Origin: Victivallales bacterium | GTDB lineage: Bacteria; Verrucomicrobiota; Lentisphaeria; Victivallales; GWF2-50-93 | Length of the DNA stretch: 64,000 nt | Reading direction: 5' to 3' | NCBI GenBank assembly: GCA_049297395.1 | Contig: JBAQUG010000499.1 | Location: 15,140-79,139, forward strand | Part shown: in pieces, positions 1-8,124 of the stretch | How positions within the stretch are numbered: position 1 is the first letter of the stretch | Layout: each line of letters opens with the position of its first letter | Made by a program: the position numbers and the translations under genes | Notes under the pieces: generated by a model | The model's database searches: none | What the model was told of the DNA's origin: nothing | Seen by the model: only the letters and a program-made list of their open reading frames with translations

Positions 1-542
1 GCAGCTTTGGCTCTGGCACCCCCCGCAGAGGTTCCCACCTGGATGATTTGCATCAGGGCAGCCTTGGACAAGTGATCTTCAGCAAGATGGCCATGTACGG
101 CGCTGCGGGCGCTTTCAATAAGATTGGAAAGATCAAGAGCGGTACTTTTCGCGCCGGCAGGATTACTGCGCGCGGGCTTGAACTCCATGGCACCCATTCC
201 CCTCCTGCCCATATAGGCGAGACGGTCGAGAGGGGTGACGTTTCTTTTATCAATACCTTTTCCGGCCATCCACGCATCAATGAGGCTGTTGCCGAAGTCA
301 TCCGGGAGCGCATCAGCCAGCAATGCCGGCAGGCGCTTGAATGTAAGTTCTGGCAGGTCGGTGAAAATGAACGGCTCTCTGGCTCTTGACAATGGCATGT
401 TGAGCGGAGCCAGCTCAATGCCGGATGTAATGAAGGATGGTGAATACTCAAATGCGTAGTAGCCCAATCTTGGATCCATCGCAACCGCGCCGACAGTCTT
501 TCCCCAGACACGAACTTCTATGGCTGAAACCGGCTTATACAC
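1..542 (-). CDS. hipA: HipA-like kinase toxin, N-terminal part (gene continues beyond the left window edge)
   Basis: Absent from the ORF track. My translation of the minus strand from GTG (542-540) gives VYKPVSAIEVRVWGKTVGAVAMDPRLGYYAFEYSPSFITSGIELAPLNMPLSRAREPFIFTDLPELTFKRLPALLADALPDDFGNSLIDAWMAGKGIDKRNVTPLDRLAYMGRRGMGAMEFKPAR... This matches the HipA N-terminal region pattern. The GTG overlaps the hipB stop (GTGTATAA). Confidence 0.8.
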   Translation of the reverse strand, partial: MYKPVSAIEVRVWGKTVGAVAMDPRLGYYAFEYSPSFITSGIELAPLNMPLSRAREPFIFTDLPELTFKRLPALLADALPDDFGNSLIDAWMAGKGIDKRNVTPLDRLAYMGRRGMGAMEFKPARSNPAGAKSTALDLSNLIESARSAVHGHLAEDHLSKAALMQIIQVGTSAGGARAKA

Positions 543-846
543 TTGTCGTACTCCTGTTTCTGGATACACGTTGTCGGACAGAGTTGGACTTCAGCATCTG
601 CAAAGGGCTTATAGAGACCGAAGGTGCAAGAGTGCTAAGCCAGTTCTCCCGTTCCAAGGCGCGCAGAACCTTTATAAGGGACGTGAGAGTTGATCCCTTG
701 CCGGATTCCAGATTTTTTACGGCATTGAGCGCCACGCCAGCCTGTTCCGCAAGCTGTTTCTGATCTATGTTCTTTCGAATCCGCAAGGCACGCAATTGCC
801 GCCCCATTTCAGATTCCCATTCCCTGTACGTCATATTATTATTCAT
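535..846 (-). CDS. hipB: XRE-family helix-turn-helix antitoxin (HipB-like)
   Basis: 103 aa. HTH segment KNIDQKQLAEQAGVALNAVKNLESGKGSTLTSLIKVLRAL. Lies immediately upstream of hipA and overlaps it. Confidence 0.8.
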   Translation of the reverse strand: MNNNMTYREWESEMGRQLRALRIRKNIDQKQLAEQAGVALNAVKNLESGKGSTLTSLIKVLRALERENWLSTLAPSVSISPLQMLKSNSVRQRVSRNRSTTSV

Positions 847-959
847 TAATAGCCTTTTATAAAACTAATAAAATGATATAAGTTATATAATAGCCTTAAA
901 AAAGAATATTGCAAATTAATACATTAAACAGGGTGTTAATTCTCCATACTAAAAGGTGC

Positions 960-2060
960 TCAACTGTTAAGTTCTTTGTATAGATTAATTAGGAAGTCGC
1001 GGTTGTCGGCGGAAAGGTATCTCATCGTCCCGCCCATGCGGCTGAATGTCTTGCAGTAGCGCAGGTAATACGCAGGATTGTCCATCGGCGGCTCGCCGGC
1101 CTTGCTCCAGTCCCAGGTGCTCTTCGCAAGATCAACTATAAGCATGAAGTGCTTGTCGATATGCTTGCCCTTTTGAATGAAAAGATTCTGCGACATCGAT
1201 AGCGATTTCTCGAAGATCATCGGCGACATTACGGCCGAACCGACCGACATGTAGACTCCGCCGTCCAGGTTGCTGACCTGTTTTGCGAAGACCAGGAAAT
1301 CGCGGAGCGCTGTCCGGCCAATCGCGGCGCCATGATTCATAGGATGATTATAGATGATGTCGTGTCCGAACATCGGATGTCCGGTGAAGGACACTTTCAG
1401 CCTGTAGGCTGCGGCTTGAACGCTATATTTTTTGAATGGATGATAAATTTTCATTGTCCCGGAGGCCAATGAAAATTTATTAATAGTGAAGAGCAAGTCT
1501 GCTGCTGCAGCGGATTTTTCCGGATCTTTAATATTCCTGACGGCATTTTTAAGTTCCCTGCTGTCAGGAATATTAAGGCCTTCATTATGGATCATTTTGC
1601 CTACGGACTCGCCGTAGCCGAGGCCTTCATAGGCGCCGACGACAATTGCGAGATTTATAAAGAACCCTGTTTCCTGCCAGACCCCGAACTCGCCTTTCTT
1701 GACATTTGTACCGACATCCTCGCTCGTGTTGCCGTGGTAGGCGGATTCCCAGTCGTGGATTATTCCGGCGCCATTTGTCGCGAGATGGGTGATCCAGCCG
1801 TTCTCGATGAACTTTATAAGCACAGGTGAAAGACCGTTCTTGATCGAGTGCGCCCCGAAGGTCAGCATCACCGACTTCTTGTTTTTCCTGGCCTTCTTAA
1901 TCCTGTCGGCGGTCTCCTTCAGAAGTTCCGCGTCAGCTCCTTTGAATTTTCCGACCTTTGAATCGACAGTGAGGTGGTCCCGTTCGATGTTGACCTTGCT
2001 GTACCTGTCCTTCAATGATTTGATCTTGAGATTGTCCCTGTCTAATTTAGGATAAGGCAT
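960..2060 (-). CDS. Hypothetical protein with weak deoxyhypusine-synthase-like (DHS-like NAD/FAD-binding fold) resemblance
   Basis: 366-aa ORF with no competing frame. VMLTFGAHSIKNGLSPVLIKFIENGWITHLATNGAGIIHDWE parallels the DHS segment ...TSNLISSG...VDVLVTTAGGVEED, and GGVYMSVGSAVMSPMIFE parallels the second glycine-rich DHS block. The family call is from memory and is not verified. Confidence 0.55.
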   Translation of the reverse strand: MPYPKLDRDNLKIKSLKDRYSKVNIERDHLTVDSKVGKFKGADAELLKETADRIKKARKNKKSVMLTFGAHSIKNGLSPVLIKFIENGWITHLATNGAGIIHDWESAYHGNTSEDVGTNVKKGEFGVWQETGFFINLAIVVGAYEGLGYGESVGKMIHNEGLNIPDSRELKNAVRNIKDPEKSAAAADLLFTINKFSLASGTMKIYHPFKKYSVQAAAYRLKVSFTGHPMFGHDIIYNHPMNHGAAIGRTALRDFLVFAKQVSNLDGGVYMSVGSAVMSPMIFEKSLSMSQNLFIQKGKHIDKHFMLIVDLAKSTWDWSKAGEPPMDNPAYYLRYCKTFSRMGGTMRYLSADNRDFLINLYKELNS

Positions 2061-2107
2061 AATAATAAGTTCCTGTCTGTTGATATAAAGTATATAATTC
2101 TAAAAGG

Positions 2108-2171
2108 ACGCGTCAGCAGAGTGACGCGGCTACAGCCTGGATTTGTTGTAGCCACGGCACTCTGTTGCCGT
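2108..2171 (-). repeat. Degenerate copy of the 64-nt GC-rich hairpin repeat (same core as 24460-24523 and 36625-36688)
   Basis: ACGCGTCAGCAGAGTGACGCGGCTACA / loop GCCTGGATTTGT / TGTAGCCACGGCACTCTGTTGCCGT. This is the reverse complement of the other two copies, with about 5 mismatches in the right arm. It lies between the kinase-HAD gene and the DHS-like gene. Confidence 0.8.
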
Positions 2172-2214
2172 GTTCTTAGATTATGACTTAGTATTGGTTT
2201 TAAATTTCAAATAT

Positions 2215-2264
2215 CAAGTTCCAATTTCCAAACAAATTGTTTGTGATTTGGATTTTGGAACTTG
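2215..2264 (-). terminator. Candidate stem-loop terminator directly after the kinase-HAD stop codon
   Basis: Outer arms are a perfect 10 bp (CAAGTTCCAA ... TTGGAACTTG) and the inner arms are imperfect. The structure starts 4 nt after the TAA at 2268-2270 on the minus strand and is followed by AT-rich sequence. The stem is AT-rich, so this is only moderately convincing. Confidence 0.4.
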
Positions 2265-2267
2265 GAA

Positions 2268-4280
2268 TTAAATTTTTAAAAGTTCATACAAAAGCTCAGC
2301 CTGCGAATAATCCGGGATGATCATGTCCGCGCCGGCTCTTATCAGGCGGCGGCGCTTCTGTTCGTTCAACCCGAACCTGCGCACCTCGTCGCTAGCGATC
2401 CCGATCGCCAGTCCGCCACGCTTGTTGATCTCGCGGATCTCGACCGGTCCGTCGCCGAACGCCACAATCTGCTTCGCGTTCTTAGGACCAATGTCCCTGA
2501 CTATCCTGTCCATCACTATCTTCTTAGCTTCCTTCGTCACGTCGCCGACCGCGCCGTAGATCCTGTTCTCGAACAGATTGGCATATCCGAGGGCCTTGGC
2601 TTCCTCTATTACGTCGTCCTCGTCCGAACCGCTTGCCATATAGAGTTTGATTCCCGACTTGTGGAATTTTTCCAGGAAAGGGACAACCCCCTTGATTGCG
2701 AAGTCATCTATGTTGAGTTCGCCGCGTTTGAGCTTCTCGACCCGTTTTGTCACAAGTTCAAGAAGTCCTTCATTGTAGATCTTCTTGTAGCCGAATTCGT
2801 CTAGGACATCCTTTTCAGGAACGAAACCGAATTCCTTCACGAGTTTCACTAGACCCTGCATCTGGACGAGGGTCTGGACGCCGGTAGTGCTGTCGATGAA
2901 TTTCCTGACGCGGTTCAAAACCTTGTGATAGGTGGATTCGTCGGCCTTGGCGTAGACCGGACCCAGGATGGCCTTCATCATCATCGGTTCCATTATCTTC
3001 TCCCAGCCTTCGCGGAGTACGGAGATCGTGCCGTCGTGATCAAAGATGGCATGGGATATTTTTTCAATGCATATCGGTTCGCGCACAATCTCAATTTCCG
3101 AGTTCTTGTAATACTTCGCCGAACGGATATCATCGGCCTTTTCCGGAGTGAAGATGTAATCCGTGTCAGTCCCGATCTTCTTTATCTCCGCAGGAGACGC
3201 AGTGCCTGTCTGGTAGAGTTTCTGGACAGTGACGCCGGCGACGAAATTGCCGAATGTGGCGGCGGTCACAGGATCTGCTCCGCTGGCCATGGCGGCCGTG
3301 ATTCCGGAGAGCATGCTGTCGCCTGCGCCGACCGGATCGGTCTTTTCAATTATATGGAGGCCGGGAACCACGGTTGTTTGTAATGCGTCAGTCTTACCGG
3401 GGTCGGTTCCAGGACTTCTTTCCGAGGCACGAGGGAAAAGTACGGAACTGACCCCGCGTTTTTGTAAAGACTGACGCATTACGGTTGTCTTTTTGTCTTC
3501 AATTACCAGGCATCCTCTGTCGCCCCTGGTGACGAATACTGTCTTCTTCCATTTCATGGACAGCTTCATTCCTGCGGATTTCGCATCTTCCTCGGCTATC
3601 ACATCGTCAGGTTCGCAGCTGCGTCCGCAGAGCTTGGAGGCTTCATAGGAGTTGAGCTTCCTGATTGTGCCCTGGTAGAGATCGCTGCAGCTGCGGCTGT
3701 CGAGCATGAAAAGTTTCTTCTTGTTGTCGGATATCAGGTTCTGGAGCCCCTTCTGGAAAGTCCTGGAAAGATGTATGCCGTCGGAAACCTGCTGGTTGAT
3801 TATGACTGCGTCAAGACTCTTGATTTCCCTGGACAGGCAGGAAAGGAGTTTTGCTGCGACATCATCGGAAAGCTTATTGTAATTGCCGAAATCGATCCGG
3901 TTTCCTTCGACGCCGTTGTCAACCGGCTTGATGTAGACATGCGTGTTCCATTTTTCATCCTGTTCGAGAAGACTTTCATGACTGATGCCAAGAGTCTTCA
4001 TCAATGATCTCATCTGGTGGCCGAAAGGATCATGTCCGGTCACTCCGAAGACCGAGACCTTTTTCACGCCCATCGCCCTGAGGTTGTTCGCGACATTGCC
4101 GGCGCCGCCGAGGCTGTAGAGCTGGGTTTTGACGGGTTTCGTCGGAAGCTTAGTCTCCACCGAAATTTCCGACTTGTCCTTGTCGATGTTCCAGTACACG
4201 TCGAGACAGAAGTCGCCGATTATTCCGATGCGTGCGCCGACGATGGCTTTAAGGATTTTGTCCAAATCGATATTATGCAT
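2268..4280 (-). CDS. Fusion protein: PfkB-family (HldE/RfaE domain-I-like) sugar kinase + HAD-superfamily hydrolase
   Basis: 670 aa. N-terminal half: IIGDFCLDVYW, GGAGNVANNLRAMG, DPVGAGDSMLSG (PfkB signature). C-terminal half: HAIFDHDGTIS (HAD motif I), ...ASGSDEDD..., AFGDGPVEI. Carries a 37-aa in-frame insertion (see the mobile_element feature at 3380-3482). Confidence 0.8.
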   Translation of the reverse strand: MHNIDLDKILKAIVGARIGIIGDFCLDVYWNIDKDKSEISVETKLPTKPVKTQLYSLGGAGNVANNLRAMGVKKVSVFGVTGHDPFGHQMRSLMKTLGISHESLLEQDEKWNTHVYIKPVDNGVEGNRIDFGNYNKLSDDVAAKLLSCLSREIKSLDAVIINQQVSDGIHLSRTFQKGLQNLISDNKKKLFMLDSRSCSDLYQGTIRKLNSYEASKLCGRSCEPDDVIAEEDAKSAGMKLSMKWKKTVFVTRGDRGCLVIEDKKTTVMRQSLQKRGVSSVLFPRASERSPGTDPGKTDALQTTVVPGLHIIEKTDPVGAGDSMLSGITAAMASGADPVTAATFGNFVAGVTVQKLYQTGTASPAEIKKIGTDTDYIFTPEKADDIRSAKYYKNSEIEIVREPICIEKISHAIFDHDGTISVLREGWEKIMEPMMMKAILGPVYAKADESTYHKVLNRVRKFIDSTTGVQTLVQMQGLVKLVKEFGFVPEKDVLDEFGYKKIYNEGLLELVTKRVEKLKRGELNIDDFAIKGVVPFLEKFHKSGIKLYMASGSDEDDVIEEAKALGYANLFENRIYGAVGDVTKEAKKIVMDRIVRDIGPKNAKQIVAFGDGPVEIREINKRGGLAIGIASDEVRRFGLNEQKRRRLIRAGADMIIPDYSQAELLYELLKI
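3380..3482. mobile_element. Palindromic MITE/RPE-like mini-element inserted in frame in the kinase coding sequence
   Basis: Perfect 16-bp terminal inverted repeat GTAATGCGTCAGTCTT (3380-3395) / AAGACTGACGCATTAC (3467-3482). Inner imperfect pair at 3397-3410 / 3444-3456. Flanking 8-bp direct repeat ACGGTTGT at 3370-3377 and 3481-3488. The distance between the direct repeats is 111 nt, which is 37 codons. Confidence 0.7.
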
Positions 4281-4365
4281 TCTTAATTCCTATCCATTAT
4301 ATATTTTTTGTACTCAAAAAATATATTATATACGGTCTGCCGGAAAAATCATCACAACCGTGCTT

Positions 4366-5088
4366 TTATTTCAACTTGACAAGTTCCGCGCGGAATTTCA
4401 TGGAAAGACCTGCAATATCTTCCTTCTTAAGATAATCGCCCAAGGAATCATATATGCCCTTGTCAGTAATGTCCTGGATCTTCATCCTGAGGAAATCAAA
4501 GAAAGCCTCGACTCCTGAGCCTCTGAAATAATCCTCTTTACGGACAAGCTTCGAATAAGATGGTTTTTTGAGACGTTCTTTCAAGGTCTTGATGTCCGGA
4601 TAGATTCCCATTGTGAGATAAAACCAGATATCGTAGACATCCCTTATGAGCCGTCGTTCATTCCAGGCGGCCAACTTGTTTGCAAGGGCGACGGAATATT
4701 CAACCACAGGGATCAGCCGGGGCTGCAGGTCGAATTTCAGCGCAAGCTCCTTGTTGGAAATTATTTGTATAGGCACCTCCATTGCAACCTTGGCTTCGAT
4801 CTGGATTGAGGCATCACCCACCTTCAGGACAACGCGCAGACATTTAGAGTTGAGCGAGTATTCAATTTTAGCACCATCTATTTCCTTGAGAGCCGAGATG
4901 ACGTCTTCAACGATATCCTTCTTCGACTTGAAGGGAATGAAGACATAGTCCAGATCGTTTGTCAAACGCTCACAGCCGAGAATTCTCAAACTCATTCCTC
5001 CGCGCAGGACTGCCTTCCTGTCAAACTTCCTCGCAAACAGATCCATTACTTTTAAAAGCAGGGCTTCTTCCTTTATCATATTTTCCAT
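4366..5088 (-). CDS. abiEii: AbiEii/AbiGii-family nucleotidyltransferase toxin (type IV TA / abortive infection)
   Basis: 240 aa. LRGGMSLRILGCERLTNDLDYVF matches the GG..L...R.S.DLDF pattern of DUF1814/AbiEii. Overlaps the upstream abiEi gene by 13 nt. Confidence 0.75.
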   Translation of the reverse strand: MENMIKEEALLLKVMDLFARKFDRKAVLRGGMSLRILGCERLTNDLDYVFIPFKSKKDIVEDVISALKEIDGAKIEYSLNSKCLRVVLKVGDASIQIEAKVAMEVPIQIISNKELALKFDLQPRLIPVVEYSVALANKLAAWNERRLIRDVYDIWFYLTMGIYPDIKTLKERLKKPSYSKLVRKEDYFRGSGVEAFFDFLRMKIQDITDKGIYDSLGDYLKKEDIAGLSMKFRAELVKLK

Positions 5089-5666
5089 ATCCTCCTGAAA
5101 AAAGAGACAAAACGGCGGTCATATTTACTGAGATAGCCTGAAATGACCTTTGCCTTTAGTCCGTCCATATTTACATCGCTTTCCGGATCGAACGAAAATC
5201 TTCTGCCCTTGTAATAGAAGTAGCAGACATCAAGAAAAGCCTTTTCGGCTGAAGCGAACTTTATTCCATTGACGGTCTCGAATCCAAAATACAGGTCCGG
5301 GCTTATGCTAAGGTGCTCAACTATGCCTAGTTCACATTCGTAAACTCTCGGCCTTCCTATTTTGACAGCCTGGATTCTGCGGGCAGGAACAGACCCTATG
5401 ATGACTTTGGATGCCAGCACCGTACCAGTCGAAATATATGAATCAGGGTTGATACGCGCACTTATGGTCTCGAGCGCAGTGCCAGGCAAGGCGTATATCC
5501 CGCGCTTGACCTTGATCAGCACCTTGTCCTTTACGGCAGACTCGAGTTTCTTGAAAAGCGCAGCCTCGCTCTGTCCTCCAAAAACGACCTTCAAGTCCGG
5601 CATGGTTATTACGCCATCCAGTTCCGAACCCCATTTCTCAATATTTCTGACATCAATTGATTTCAT
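5076..5666 (-). CDS. abiEi: AbiEi-family antitoxin / transcriptional regulator
   Basis: 196 aa with an N-terminal winged-helix-like region (ITMPDLKVVFGGQSEAALFKKLESAVKDKVLIKVKRGIYALPG). Its position and overlap with abiEii fit the AbiE two-gene architecture. Confidence 0.7.
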   Translation of the reverse strand: MKSIDVRNIEKWGSELDGVITMPDLKVVFGGQSEAALFKKLESAVKDKVLIKVKRGIYALPGTALETISARINPDSYISTGTVLASKVIIGSVPARRIQAVKIGRPRVYECELGIVEHLSISPDLYFGFETVNGIKFASAEKAFLDVCYFYYKGRRFSFDPESDVNMDGLKAKVISGYLSKYDRRFVSFFRRIWKI

Positions 5667-5703
5667 TGACAGATACTATAATAAAGATATAGCAACTGTC
5701 AAT
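5664..5703 (-). promoter_or_regulatory. Candidate abiE promoter flanked by a 9-bp inverted repeat (possible autoregulatory operator)
   Basis: Minus strand reads CATTGACAGTTGCTATATCTTTATTATAGTATCTGTCAATG. TTGACA (5702-5697), a 16-nt spacer and TATAGT (5680-5675) make the promoter. The inverted repeat is CATTGACAG / CTGTCAATG, and its proximal arm contains the abiEi ATG. Confidence 0.5.
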
Positions 5704-5721
5704 GTATAACCTTTAAAAATA

Positions 5722-6750
5722 TCAGACTTTCTCCTGTCGGCACAACCTGCGGAGCAGGGGATAGATCTCCTCCGCAATCCGCATGAATCCGAGGTCGCTT
5801 GGATGGACGGCATCGAGAGAGCATTCATAATCGTCCCCTCCGAAGAGTCCGTCATGTTTGACATAGTACATGTTTTTGAATCCTTTGCCCTTTAAATTGC
5901 GGAATATGAGGCGCATTTCCTTCCATTTTTCAGCAAGTTCCGACTTGCGTGCCGGAAGAAGCCACGAATTGGAGTAGGGGCATCCGTCTTCCACGAAGAC
6001 AAGCGGTGTCCCAGGTCTTTTCCCACAGAGGAGCCGGAGGAAATTTTCGGCGCGTTCCCTGACAAGTCCCGGATCCATGTTCGGGAGGGGATCGAGGATG
6101 TATGCTTTGGCGTTTATTTCGGAAATTAGATTTGCCATGGACTCCTCCATCCTGGCATTGCCGGAAAAGCCGAGGTTGATCACCGGATTGTCCAGCCATC
6201 TGCCGAGAATCGAGGAATAAACCATGCCGGGCCGGGACGCATAGGCTCCATGGATTATAGAACTTCCATAGAAAACCAGGGGTTTCGCGCGGCGCGGCAT
6301 GACGGGCTTGAAAAATGAATGTCCAGGGATTCCGATCTCGAGTTCTTCGAGAGGATTTCTCAGGGGCAGATAAAGGATGAACCTGCGTCTTCCTGGTTCC
6401 ATTCCTTCGACGATGCATTGATTCTGGCTGCGTGCCGTTATCTTGCGGGCGGTTCCGGCCCATTTCCATTCGCCTGCGGATTTCGCATACAGATCAAGTC
6501 CGCTGACGGCGCATGAGGAGAAGTCCGGTTCATTCAATTGTTCAAGCTTGAGTTTCCAGCGTGCATGGATGGAGGAGGCGTCAGTTTCAAAAAGGACGGA
6601 CATTCCTGTAGGAGAATGGCTCAGATCCCAGACGGCGCTGGGTATGGTCTTTTCGGCCTTTGCTGGCAGGCGGTCGAAATACCGGATGGTGCCGCTCCAG
6701 GCTTTGCCTTCAATTCCCCAGTCCCTGATATTATGCCAAGATATATCCAT
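5722..6750 (-). CDS. SGNH/GDSL hydrolase with N-terminal GxDLY-type domain (carbohydrate esterase-like)
   Basis: 342 aa. SGLDLY, VFYGSSIIHG (block I Ser), LGFSGNARME (block II), DAVHPSDLGF (block V D..H). No signal peptide. Confidence 0.75.
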   Translation of the reverse strand: MDISWHNIRDWGIEGKAWSGTIRYFDRLPAKAEKTIPSAVWDLSHSPTGMSVLFETDASSIHARWKLKLEQLNEPDFSSCAVSGLDLYAKSAGEWKWAGTARKITARSQNQCIVEGMEPGRRRFILYLPLRNPLEELEIGIPGHSFFKPVMPRRAKPLVFYGSSIIHGAYASRPGMVYSSILGRWLDNPVINLGFSGNARMEESMANLISEINAKAYILDPLPNMDPGLVRERAENFLRLLCGKRPGTPLVFVEDGCPYSNSWLLPARKSELAEKWKEMRLIFRNLKGKGFKNMYYVKHDGLFGGDDYECSLDAVHPSDLGFMRIAEEIYPLLRRLCRQEKV

Positions 6751-6884
6751 TTTGTTTAACTCCCCAGTTTTTTAATAAAAATATGTTCATCAACTAGACA
6801 AATTATACATTTATAAATTATTATGTCAAACGGAAATCAACTGAATATGTTTGAAAATTAACTCATAAATAATTAAAATAGGCC

Positions 6885-6913
6885 TTGACATGTTAATTAT
6901 TTTATTGTAAGAT
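6885..6913 (+). promoter_or_regulatory. Candidate sigma70-type promoter of the GntR/LacI-hybrid regulator gene
   Basis: TTGACA (6885-6890), a 17-nt spacer, then TAAGAT (6908-6913). This sits 36 nt upstream of the ATG at 6949. Confidence 0.4.
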
Positions 6914-6948
6914 AATGACCGACAACACAACAATAATGGAACGATTTT

Positions 6949-8124
6949 ATGGAAGACATGCTTAAGGGAATAACGAAGCAGGACAGGCTAGTAAGCCATT
7001 TCAAATCCCTGATAAGTTCAGGTGTCTACAAGTCCGGAGATCTTATCCCGCCTGAAATCACATTGGCCAGGGAATTCGGCGTCAACCGCAGCACTGTAGG
7101 GAAGGCCCTCGCCTCTCTTGCGAGTTCCGGCCTGCTTATAAGAAAACAGGGAAGTGGAACTTTCGTTTCCCAGGATTTGAAAGAATCAGGTATTCACAGC
7201 AATTTATTCACCGCCGCCAATACTTCATCCGTCTGCTCGTCTATTGCGTTGATAACTTCAGTTGATAAATCAGATCCCGCCCATAAAGTAAATTTTTTCA
7301 GCCAGATATTGTCTGGAATTGACAAGAACATGATGGATCTTGCTCCAAACTGCAAAATGTCTTTTTACAACCTGTATCCGACATCACTGATAAGCATGAA
7401 GTTGCTTTCCTCCCTCAAAGGTCTGGAAACGTCAGGAATCATATATTTTGACACCTCTGTTGAACCTTCAAATATTCCAGCAAATATCATTGCGCTTAAA
7501 AACTCCGGAATCCCGTTCGTCGTGACCGGACATGCAATTCATTGTCCTGAAGTTGACTCGGTCACCATCAGCCAGTCAGATTTCGGATTTATCGCCGCAA
7601 AACATCTCCTTGACAAGGGGCATCGGAATATTCTTTATGTAGTTCCTGAATTTACATGCGAATGGCTTGAAAGAAGGATCGAAGGATTCAAGCAGGCCCT
7701 TATTGCTGCGGGAATGGAGCTTTCAGATAGAATGATCTTCAGGCATGGAAATGAAATTGCCCCTGTAGAATCCCTCGGTATCAAATCAGGGAAAGAAGCT
7801 GCTGAAATCATCACCAGGAAGATGATGAACTGTACGGGAATCGCAACTGTCAATGATGCATATGCGGCTGGCATGCTGGAGACGTTTAAGGATAAAGGAA
7901 TTGATGTTCCCGGACAGGTTTCAATTGTCGGCACCGACGACGACTTCAATTTCAGGAGCAGGAACATGACAACTGTCAGACAGCCGAACAGGGAAACAGG
8001 TGAAGCTGCCGTAGAAATGCTCCTTCGCAAGCTCTCCGATGAAAAAGAGAGGGGATGCTACGAAAAGCGCCTTGTAAAACCGAGGCTGATCGAAAGGAGT
8101 ACGACAGCGAGGGTGAATGGGTGA
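6949..8124 (+). CDS. Transcriptional regulator: GntR-type winged HTH + LacI-type (PBP1) sugar-binding domain
   Basis: 391 aa. ITLAREFGVNRSTVGKALASLASSGLLIRKQGSGTFV is a GntR HTH. The C-terminal ~300 aa follow the periplasmic-binding-protein-like pattern (IALITSV..., FVVTGH..., SIVGTDD). Confidence 0.8.
   Translation: MEDMLKGITKQDRLVSHFKSLISSGVYKSGDLIPPEITLAREFGVNRSTVGKALASLASSGLLIRKQGSGTFVSQDLKESGIHSNLFTAANTSSVCSSIALITSVDKSDPAHKVNFFSQILSGIDKNMMDLAPNCKMSFYNLYPTSLISMKLLSSLKGLETSGIIYFDTSVEPSNIPANIIALKNSGIPFVVTGHAIHCPEVDSVTISQSDFGFIAAKHLLDKGHRNILYVVPEFTCEWLERRIEGFKQALIAAGMELSDRMIFRHGNEIAPVESLGIKSGKEAAEIITRKMMNCTGIATVNDAYAAGMLETFKDKGIDVPGQVSIVGTDDDFNFRSRNMTTVRQPNRETGEAAVEMLLRKLSDEKERGCYEKRLVKPRLIERSTTARVNG

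Noticed and set aside
48-511. Track ORFs 48-389 (+), 53-511 (-) and 235-459 (+) at the left edge
   Set aside because: All are out of frame with, or antisense to, the HipA reading frame, which gives a clean family-typical translation. Their own translations are low-complexity and lack motifs.
847-897. 10-bp direct repeat TAATAGCCTT at 847-856 and 888-897 upstream of hipB, considered as HipB operator half-sites
   Set aside because: There are only two short AT-rich copies in an AT-rich spacer, and they show no dyad symmetry. One copy simply contains the hipB Shine-Dalgarno. The evidence is not enough to call an operator.
4299-4326. Perfect AT-only palindrome ATATATTTTTTG-TACT-CAAAAAATATAT between abiEii and the kinase-HAD gene, considered as a terminator or operator
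   Set aside because: The stem is entirely A/T and so thermodynamically weak as a terminator. No second copy or associated regulator supports an operator role. I left it unannotated.
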